The notes beneath the pieces were generated by a model. The model ran no database searches and was not told the origin of the DNA. It saw nothing but the letters and a program-made list of their open reading frames with translations. This document shows, one piece after another, positions 16,883 to 24,732 of a stretch of 64,000 nt of DNA. The position numbers and the translations under genes are program-made. Source of the stretch: an uncultured Candidatus Peribacteria bacterium (GTDB lineage: Bacteria > Patescibacteriota > Gracilibacteria > Peribacterales > Peribacteraceae); NCBI GenBank assembly GCA_964448405.1, contig CAYUVW010000001.1, forward strand, positions 17,795 to 81,794, in the 5' to 3' direction. How positions within the stretch are numbered: the first letter of the stretch is position 1; each line of letters begins with the position of its first letter.

Positions 16883-17824
16883 ATGGAGCACGCATGGAAT
16901 CCGTCGCAGATGAACGTGCCGTGGACCGAGTCGCCGTTCTTCAGTGATCTATTGGCGGCATCGGAATTGAGCGGAGATCACCGCGATGTTGCCGAGCGTT
17001 TTTCGCGCGACGGCTATGTGGTGCTTACGCCGAACGACACGGCGTTCCCCTCGTTTGTCGAAGCCCTGCGTGCCAGTCCACCTGCGTTCGAGGCCGACCG
17101 TGGTACAGACTTGTGGCGTACCGATGAGCGCGTAAAACGACTCGCTATCCACCCGGAAATTCTGACGACGCTCGCCATGTTGTATCGGCGCGAGCCGATT
17201 GCATTCCAGACGCTCAATTTCGCGCACGGCACCGAGCAGTGCACACACAGCGACGCGGTGCATTTTCATTCCTACCCGCAACGGTTTTTGTGCGGCGTGT
17301 GGACGGCGCTGGAAGATATCGACGATAACAACGGCCCATTGCACGTCTACCCGGGGAGTCATCGGCTGCCCTTGTACGATATGCACGATTTTGGCCTGCC
17401 GTCCTCGCGCGATTGCTATCCGGACTACGAGGAAGCTATCGGCCAATTGGCTGCCAAGCTTGGCCTGCAAAAACACGTCGTGACCGTGAAGGCCGGGCAG
17501 ATCGTAGTGTGGGCCGCCAACTTGCTGCACGGCGGGGACGTGATTCGCGATCGTTCACGAACGCGCATGAGCCAGGTGACGCACTATGTCTTTAAGGACT
17601 GTCTTTACTACGTCCCCATTCTTTCCGACCCGTTCGCCGGTTCGGTTCGACTGCGCAATATCACCGATATTTCCACCGGACTGTCTGTACCGCATGTCTA
17701 CAGAGGCAAGCTACTCAAGGTGTCGCCTGAGCAGGAGTTTTGGCAGCGGCCGTCGTTCGGGAAGTTCCTCCTCGCGGTGCTCGGTCGTTGCCGCGTGGGA
17801 GTCGCGAAGTTTCTGAAGCGTTAA
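16883..17824 (+). CDS. PhyH-family Fe(II)/2-oxoglutarate dioxygenase
   Basis: H-x-D in CTHSDAVHFHS, a distal His in NLLHGG, and overall PhyH-like size. The start is uncertain (16838 or 16883). Confidence 0.6.
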   Translation: MEHAWNPSQMNVPWTESPFFSDLLAASELSGDHRDVAERFSRDGYVVLTPNDTAFPSFVEALRASPPAFEADRGTDLWRTDERVKRLAIHPEILTTLAMLYRREPIAFQTLNFAHGTEQCTHSDAVHFHSYPQRFLCGVWTALEDIDDNNGPLHVYPGSHRLPLYDMHDFGLPSSRDCYPDYEEAIGQLAAKLGLQKHVVTVKAGQIVVWAANLLHGGDVIRDRSRTRMSQVTHYVFKDCLYYVPILSDPFAGSVRLRNITDISTGLSVPHVYRGKLLKVSPEQEFWQRPSFGKFLLAVLGRCRVGVAKFLKR

Positions 17825-17867
17825 GCTGGAAGTGGCGCACAGTGCGCGTTTGGGCTATCGTCGGCGC

Positions 17868-19172
17868 ATGATCGACCTCGCAGATTTCCGCAAGCGCCCC
17901 GAAGCCTACCGCGATGCCGCCAAGAAGAAGCGTGTCAATATCGACATCGACGCCTTCCTGAAGCTGGACGAAGAGCGCCGCGCATTATTGCATGCGGTGG
18001 AAACCAAGCGCGCCGAGAAGAACAAAGTCAGCGCCGAGGTGCCGAAGATGAAAGGTGATGAAAAAGCCAAGGCCGTGGCCGCCATGAAGGAACTGGGCGC
18101 CGAGCTGAAAGCCAGCGAAGAGCGCCTGAAAGAAGTGGAGGTACTCTGGAACGATCAGCAGCTGCGCTTGCCCGGCATTCCGTTGCCGCAGGTTCCGGAA
18201 GGCAAAGACGACACCGAGAATAAGGAGATCCGGAAGTGGGGTGAGTTGCCGAAGTTTGCGTTCGAGCCAAAAGACCACGTCACGCTCGGTGCCGATTTAG
18301 ACATTGTCGATATCCCGCGCGGTGTGAAGGTGGCCGGCAGCCGCAGCTACATTCTGAAAGGCGATGGCGCCCGTCTCGAACTGGCCATCCATTTGTTCGC
18401 ACTCGACTTGCTGTACAAGAAAGGCTTCACTCAGCTCAATCCGCCGGTGCTGGCCAGCTACGACGCCATGATGGGCACCAGTTACTTTCCGGGCGGCGAA
18501 GAGCAGGCGTACGCGGTCGGTGTTCAACAGAAGCGTGCCGAGCCCATTGTCCCAGATGATCTCTACCTCATCGGCACCGCGGAAGTTCCGGTGACCAGTT
18601 ACCACAGCGGCGAGGTATTGAAGCTTTCGGAATTACCCAAGCGCTACGTTGGTTTCTCCAGCGGGTTCCGGCGCGAGGCCGGTACCTACGGCAAGGACAC
18701 CAAGGGTCTGTACCGCGTGCATCAGATTCAGAAAGTCGAACAAGTCATCCTGTGTGAAGGCGATGCCGCAGTCAGCGCGAAGATGCATGCCGAAATTCTC
18801 GCCAATGCCGAAGCAGTCATGCAGGCGCTCAAGCTGCCGTACCGCGTGGTGGATGTCTGCACCGGCGACATGGGCCTGGGTCAGGTCTACAAGAACGATA
18901 TCGAGACCTGGATGCCCAGCCGCAACGGCTACGGCGAAACGCACAGTTGTTCTACTTTCCACGACTTCCAGTCGCGCCGTTTGAACATCAAATACGAGGC
19001 TGCCGACGGCACCAAGAAGTTCGTTCACACCCTTAACAACACTTGCATCGCCACGCCGCGCGTACTTATTCCCATCCTCGAACTCTACCAGAACGCCGAC
19101 GGCTCCGTGACCGTTCCAGAGGTGTTGCGTCCGTACATGGGCGGCCAGGAGAAAATCGCGCGTAAGGGCTAG
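17868..19172 (+). CDS. serS: seryl-tRNA synthetase
   Basis: N-terminal coiled coil plus class II core ([21 protein letters not shown]-type, [11 protein letters not shown]). Start at ATG 17868. Confidence 0.95.
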   Translation: [434 protein letters not shown]

Positions 19173-20389
19173 TCGACCTTCCGCCGCACGTAGTGCCACT
19201 TGCTCACGACGGGCACCGGCATCTCCGTCGCCTGCGACCCGTCGCCGGTGGTGTCGGTCGGTTCTTCGCATGCGCCGTGCTTGCGACAACGCTCCCAGAC
19301 CAGCGCGAAATCCACACCCTTCTTTTCTTGCTCGGTCATGCGCCGGCGCCAGCGCATCACGCGTTTGTCCAAATTCAGCGTGCGTGCCAGCGCGTTCATG
19401 GTTCGCACATAGTTCAAGCCGTTCAGTGTATCGATCACGTCCGCCCGTTCGTTGCCGCCGCTCCGTTCCGATGACAGCCGTATGAGTGCATCCGGCAGAC
19501 GACCGAGGCAGCGCGGAGTCGGGTGGAGGGCATCCAGCAACACCGGCGTGCACTGCTCGCGTCCGTGCACGTTTTTGCGCGTCAGCAGCACGTTGTCTCC
19601 TTCGCCGAGAATATCGATGATTTCATCCGTTTCATCGCTGTACGCAATCGCCCGTTCAATGAAGGTCCGCATCGTCGCGCGCAAGCCGCCGTCGCGCCGC
19701 AGGGCGTTCATCAGGCTCGCAAGCGGCTTCGATTGCTGTGTCTGCAGAAATTCGTCGCGCCCCACCGGGATGTCGTTTTCATCGCCGCAGTCCAGCACGA
19801 GGTGCGTATTGACCCTGGCGTACCGCTGGACGTGGGGGTGCGTGCGCGGCAGAAGTGGCAGTCCGCTGGCATGGGTAGCGGGCTGGCACAACGTGCCGAT
19901 CTCCCGCTGGCTCCAGTCCGTGCGCAGTTCGGCGTATCCGCACGACAGGCGTTGTGCACCTTCCAGCTTCACGGGTTGCTGCACGATGATCAATCGCTGC
20001 CTGCCGTCCGGACTGGCATGCAGCATGGCGTGTTCGTTGGGCATCCAATGCGCATCGCGCATGTACTCGCGCAGCAGTCGCATGCGTGCGCGATGGTCAT
20101 GCAGCGCTTCGTCGGATGCCTCATGCAGTCCGACCTTCAGCACGAACGGCAAATCGTACGGCATGCCTTCCAAAGGAAGGCGCATGCCCGACAGCACGAC
20201 GTTTTCGCCGCCGTGTCCCACCGGGTGAAACAACATGGGTTGCTTTCCGCTCGCGACCGAAACGCGGTCCATCATCCCGGTACGGATCTGCCGAATCAGA
20301 TCATCCAGAAATGCCCGGTGCAAACCGGCGTGTTCCGCCTGTTCTTGCTGCACATCGGGTTGCTCCGTTGGATCAAGCGTTTCCGCCAT
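19169..20389 (-). CDS. hypothetical protein (406 aa), orphan
   Basis: Long ORF with ordinary composition and no signal peptide. No convincing motif. Confidence 0.6.
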   Translation of the reverse strand: MAETLDPTEQPDVQQEQAEHAGLHRAFLDDLIRQIRTGMMDRVSVASGKQPMLFHPVGHGGENVVLSGMRLPLEGMPYDLPFVLKVGLHEASDEALHDHRARMRLLREYMRDAHWMPNEHAMLHASPDGRQRLIIVQQPVKLEGAQRLSCGYAELRTDWSQREIGTLCQPATHASGLPLLPRTHPHVQRYARVNTHLVLDCGDENDIPVGRDEFLQTQQSKPLASLMNALRRDGGLRATMRTFIERAIAYSDETDEIIDILGEGDNVLLTRKNVHGREQCTPVLLDALHPTPRCLGRLPDALIRLSSERSGGNERADVIDTLNGLNYVRTMNALARTLNLDKRVMRWRRRMTEQEKKGVDFALVWERCRKHGACEEPTDTTGDGSQATEMPVPVVSKWHYVRRKVD

Positions 20390-20493
20390 ACTATATTTAT
20401 GACAGAAAAATAAAATCCAGCAACTTCTCGGTGCTACGTCACTGATTGAGAGCGATTGGATGCGAAAAGATCGCGGTGCCGTATACTGCGCTC

Positions 20494-21606
20494 ATGCGAA
20501 TCCTGTTCACTCGTTTCCCGCTGGAGAGCGCGTTCGGCGGCGCCGAAGTGCAAACGCTGTCGCTCATGCGCGAACTACTGAAGCGCGGACATGCGGTGGA
20601 ATTCCTGGGCAGCTGCCCGGTCTTGTTGGCCGAGGCACCCAAGATCGGCGTGCGCGCCACGCGCCTGGACATCGGCCCACCACCCGTCACGCAGGTCGCC
20701 GCGGCAACCTTCGCATGGCGCAGATTCGCCATGCAACGAGCCTTGATTCAGGCCATGGAAAGCATGTCGCAATTACCGGATGCCGTTTGCATGCTCAGCC
20801 TTTCGGAGAAAGTGTTGCTGACCGATTGGCTGGCGCAGCACGACGTGAAAACCTTCTGGATTGAGCACGACCGCGTCGGGCGTTGGCTGCGCTGGAATCC
20901 GTGGTTACCGGCACTCAGGCGTGCTGCCAGGAGTGCGAAAATCATCTGCGTTTCCGAGCTCAGCCGAGCGCTGTACGGTCGCATGGGATTCCGCATCGAG
21001 AACATCGTCGCCATTCCGAACGGTATCGATACCGAACGTCTGCAAGGCACCGTGACGCCCGTCGTTTCCCGCGCCGGACAGATGAGAATCGGTTGCGTCG
21101 CCCGGCTCTCGGAAGAGAAAGGTGTGGATGTGCTCATTCATGCCATGCGCGCAGTGCCGCATGCCACGCTCGACATCGTCGGCACCGGCCCCCAAGAAGG
21201 CTTCCTACACAAAATCATTTTGGAAATTGAGCAAGCAGAGCACCAGACAGGCCGCATTCGTATCGTCTCGCATGTCGAAGATTTGGCTGCCTTCTACCGT
21301 TCGCTCGATGCATTCGTGCTGCCATCCACCGAGAATGATCCGTTCGGGCTGGTCGTGGGTGAAGCCATGGTGCTTGGCATACCGACCGTCGTTACGGATC
21401 AATGCGGTATTGCCGGCTATCTCCACAATGGACGCGATGCACTCGTCGTGCCGGCCGGGTCGGTCGAAGCATTGTCCAAAGCCCTGTGCTCGCTCAGCGA
21501 CCCTGCGCTACATGCATCACTTTCAGCTGCGGGTCCGACGCGCGTGGCTGCCACGCTGTCCATTGCGGCCATGGTCGATTCCTACGAAAAACTCCTGAAA
21601 GCATAG
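20494..21606 (+). CDS. glycosyltransferase family 4
   Basis: MRILFTRFPLESAFGGAEVQTL and the E-x7-E region PSTENDPFGLVVGEAMVLGIPTVVTD. Confidence 0.85.
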   Translation: MRILFTRFPLESAFGGAEVQTLSLMRELLKRGHAVEFLGSCPVLLAEAPKIGVRATRLDIGPPPVTQVAAATFAWRRFAMQRALIQAMESMSQLPDAVCMLSLSEKVLLTDWLAQHDVKTFWIEHDRVGRWLRWNPWLPALRRAARSAKIICVSELSRALYGRMGFRIENIVAIPNGIDTERLQGTVTPVVSRAGQMRIGCVARLSEEKGVDVLIHAMRAVPHATLDIVGTGPQEGFLHKIILEIEQAEHQTGRIRIVSHVEDLAAFYRSLDAFVLPSTENDPFGLVVGEAMVLGIPTVVTDQCGIAGYLHNGRDALVVPAGSVEALSKALCSLSDPALHASLSAAGPTRVAATLSIAAMVDSYEKLLKA

Positions 21607-21643
21607 GGCGTGCTCACCGCGTGAGGTATACTCGCACCCTCAG

Positions 21644-24172
21644 ATGCGACGCCACGCCTTTCTGCTTACGGCGGTCTTCTTGTCGTCGCTCGTTCCGCCG
21701 CTTCCATCCGGAGCTGCAAGCGAGCCGATCGAGCATTTTGCCAATCCCATCGACGCCATCAGCTTTGGGCTTCCTGGAGCCGATATCGACTTGGATGTGA
21801 GTTACAAGAACCACGCCGGACAGTGGAGTGAGTGGCAGACATTGGCGCTGGAAAACGAGCAGGATCCCACGCTGACCGAAACGAATATGATGATGTTTCC
21901 AACATCCGTTTCCGATATCCGCGTGCGCGGCGCCGACCATGGGTACGTTGCTCATCCCATTCGGGTCGCCAAGGGTCCGGCCAAAGTAGAGGTGGCATCC
22001 ACGTCGCCGATGGGCATTCCGAAGATTCTTTCCCGTGGCCAGTGGGGTGCGGATGAATCGCTGTTGTTCGAAAGTCCGGATGCCGCATCACCCGAAACAA
22101 ACGTTTCCGCCGGAGACAACAGCGCCGCCGCGACCACGTCATCGCAACGTATTCGAGATTGCCAGGACGCGCAGAAAAATTATCCCGAGCAATTCGAAAC
22201 ACAGAACACCGTGAAACAAGACGCTTCCGGCAAGAAGTACCACTGGCCGTTGTCGTACAGCAAAGAAGTGCACCTGCTCGTTGTGCACCACACCGCGTTG
22301 TACATTAGCGATGACGACCGCGATCCCGCCGAGCGCATGCGTGCGTTATACCATTACCACGCCGAAAACAGGGGTTGGGGCGACGTTGGGTACAACTATG
22401 TCATCGACGAAAAAGGTCAGATTTACGAAGGGCGCACCGGGGGGCGTTACGTTGTAGCGGGTCATGCGTACTGCAACAACGTCGGTACCATCGGCATCTC
22501 GCTCATGGGCAATTTCGATTTGGAGCAACCCAGCCAGTCGCAGGTGCAAAGTCTGCAATGGCTGCTGAAGGAATTGTCGACCGTCTACAACATTAATCCG
22601 GCAACTGGCGTGGAGCATCATGGCAAAAAGTTCCTTACCCCGTTCGTCGGTCACCGCGATTTGGTTTCCACCGATTGTCCCGGCTACTACATGTACGGTG
22701 CCATGGGTCAGGTGACGGCCAACGTGCGCAGCGGCAACGTCGCCGCCACAGTCAAATTCCTGGGTGCACCAACCAAAGCCGCCGACAAGCCGAAGACCAC
22801 ACCGAGTGTGCCGGTTCCGGTTGCGCGCGGAATCACCAAGGCAGCCGAAGGATTGTCCGCAGTCGGACGCACCGGCTTGGCGCTGGCCCCCGGAGGTAAG
22901 CAGCGCTTCATGCTCACATACGTCGCGCCGCAGACCGGCATTCATGCCAACGGACGCATCGCGCAGGTCGCACTCTCCAGCAACGACATCCAGCTGTTCC
23001 AGGAATCCGGCAAGGAACTCATTCCGGTAAAGACCAGTCTCGCGTCGCAGTACGACGTGCCAGGTGGTGAAGTGCTGCAGATCAATTTGTTGCTGCAGGC
23101 GCCGTGGGACGCAGGCTCGTACTGGTTCGAGATCGGCGGTATTAAGTACGACTTGCAAGCCACCGGCCGTCGTTCACGCGTGGAGTCGTATGCCAACCCG
23201 TTCGAGGGCCGCGCCGCCGTATCGTCTTCCTCTTCGTCGTCCATCGCGCCGGTGCGCCGAATCCGCCCGGTCGTCACGCAGCCAACGCCACCGCGCCCGG
23301 TATCATCCAGCCGCTCGTCATCGGTTCCTGCATACGTGCCGCCTGCCAACGTTTCGGTCGCGCGCATCCGCCTGTCCGCTTCCGCCGCTCCAACCGCCTG
23401 GTTCGAGAACGGCGGCACGGCGAATGGCATGCGGGTCGCGGCCAGCGACAAGGTTCGCTTGAGTGTGAATGGGAACAATTGCCGAGCACAAGCCACCGGT
23501 ATCGACACTTCTGCCGCCACACTCGCACTCGCCCCATCGGCATCGGTTGGCGTGACTTCGGTTGATTCGGTCGCCAACAAACTGCGCCGCTACCGCGGTA
23601 GCATTGAATGCCGTGTGATCGACGGCCAACTCGTGCTTATCAATAGCATTTCGCTGGAAGACTACTTGCGCGGCCTGGCCGAGGAGCCAGACACCGAGCC
23701 GTACCAGAAGCAGCGCGCATTCGCCGTAGCCGCGCGCAGCTACATGGCCTACTGGATGCAGCCGGACAAACGGAAGTTCCCAGGTATGCCGTACGACGGC
23801 ACCGATAGCCCGGCTACGTTCCAAGCCTATGGCGGCTATGATCTGGAGGTTGGTAACCCCATGTGGGTGAAGGCGGTCAATTCCACGAACGGTCAGGTGA
23901 TGACGTACGCCGGTCAAATTGTTCGTGCGCCGTACTTCAGCAGCGATGACGGCATTACTCGTACGCCGGAGCAGGCGGGTTGGAATAATTTTCCATTTTC
24001 ACAGGAGCTCTTCCGCGCCAAAGATGACCCATGGTGCAAGGGATTCCCAATGGCTGGCCATGGCGTGGGCATGTCTGGCTGCGGCTCGGAAGGACAGGCC
24101 AACGAGGGCAAAACCGCCGAGCAAATCTTGCAGTACTACTATCCCGGTGTGGCGTTGCAGTCACTGCGCTAA
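21644..24172 (+). CDS. secreted N-acetylmuramoyl-L-alanine amidase (amidase_2/PGRP) fused to a SpoIID/LytB domain
   Basis: Signal peptide. LVVHHTA, GWGDVGYNYVIDEKGQIYEGR, TIGISLMGNF and DCPG. C-terminus EDYLRGLAEEP...QRAFAVAARSYMAYW...RAPYFSSDDGITR. Confidence 0.85.
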   Translation: MRRHAFLLTAVFLSSLVPPLPSGAASEPIEHFANPIDAISFGLPGADIDLDVSYKNHAGQWSEWQTLALENEQDPTLTETNMMMFPTSVSDIRVRGADHGYVAHPIRVAKGPAKVEVASTSPMGIPKILSRGQWGADESLLFESPDAASPETNVSAGDNSAAATTSSQRIRDCQDAQKNYPEQFETQNTVKQDASGKKYHWPLSYSKEVHLLVVHHTALYISDDDRDPAERMRALYHYHAENRGWGDVGYNYVIDEKGQIYEGRTGGRYVVAGHAYCNNVGTIGISLMGNFDLEQPSQSQVQSLQWLLKELSTVYNINPATGVEHHGKKFLTPFVGHRDLVSTDCPGYYMYGAMGQVTANVRSGNVAATVKFLGAPTKAADKPKTTPSVPVPVARGITKAAEGLSAVGRTGLALAPGGKQRFMLTYVAPQTGIHANGRIAQVALSSNDIQLFQESGKELIPVKTSLASQYDVPGGEVLQINLLLQAPWDAGSYWFEIGGIKYDLQATGRRSRVESYANPFEGRAAVSSSSSSSIAPVRRIRPVVTQPTPPRPVSSSRSSSVPAYVPPANVSVARIRLSASAAPTAWFENGGTANGMRVAASDKVRLSVNGNNCRAQATGIDTSAATLALAPSASVGVTSVDSVANKLRRYRGSIECRVIDGQLVLINSISLEDYLRGLAEEPDTEPYQKQRAFAVAARSYMAYWMQPDKRKFPGMPYDGTDSPATFQAYGGYDLEVGNPMWVKAVNSTNGQVMTYAGQIVRAPYFSSDDGITRTPEQAGWNNFPFSQELFRAKDDPWCKGFPMAGHGVGMSGCGSEGQANEGKTAEQILQYYYPGVALQSLR

Positions 24173-24238
24173 ACGACAACCCAGATATGCATTCTGTCAT
24201 GCCGAACTGACATTTTTGGTGAAAAAAGTGCAGTTCGA

Positions 24239-24559
24239 TTAACTATCGTAGCCCGTTTCGCCCGGACGAGGTCCCACCGCAGGTGGCAGAGCTGGCCCGT
24301 TCGAGCGGTTGGTATCGCTGTCATGGCCCCCGCCGCCTCTTCCAGAGTGCATCTGACGCATCCCCGCCACGTACGCCGGCTGCGCGTCATGCGTGAACAG
24401 GGCGTTGCTGCACAGCATGCGCGTGCGTGCGATCTGCTCGTCGGACATGTAGTGCAATCCCGTGCGCAGAATGGATTCCAGTGTCAGCCGCTGGTTTGCG
24501 TCGGCTCCGTTGGCCAGACGGTCGAGCGCATCGTCGATGTGTTCCGACATGAGCGGCAT
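24239..24559 (-). CDS. hypothetical protein (106 aa)
   Basis: ORF only. The C-terminal third is Gly/Pro-rich. Confidence 0.4.
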   Translation of the reverse strand: MPLMSEHIDDALDRLANGADANQRLTLESILRTGLHYMSDEQIARTRMLCSNALFTHDAQPAYVAGMRQMHSGRGGGGHDSDTNRSNGPALPPAVGPRPGETGYDS

Positions 24560-24732
24560 ACGGAGAGGGGGAAGTATTCATGCATGATAGGCAGATTCGT
24601 CGGCACCGCAAATTCTGCGAGTTGCCGGAACCCGCGTGGACCGCTGCTAGCCCCCATGTCGCCTGCTCTCCATTTGGCACCAGGCATTCTTTTGACACGC
24701 GTCCCCGATCGGCTACCATTCCCCTCCTCCCT

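Noticed and set aside
19169-20389. Protein-kinase-like fold for the 406-aa orphan (VGHGGENVV, FVLKV, GEGDNVLL, LLDAL).
   Set aside because: The Gly-loop does not fit GxGxxG, and the spacing between the putative hinge and catalytic loop (~125 aa) is far from that of kinases. The motif matches are short enough to be chance.
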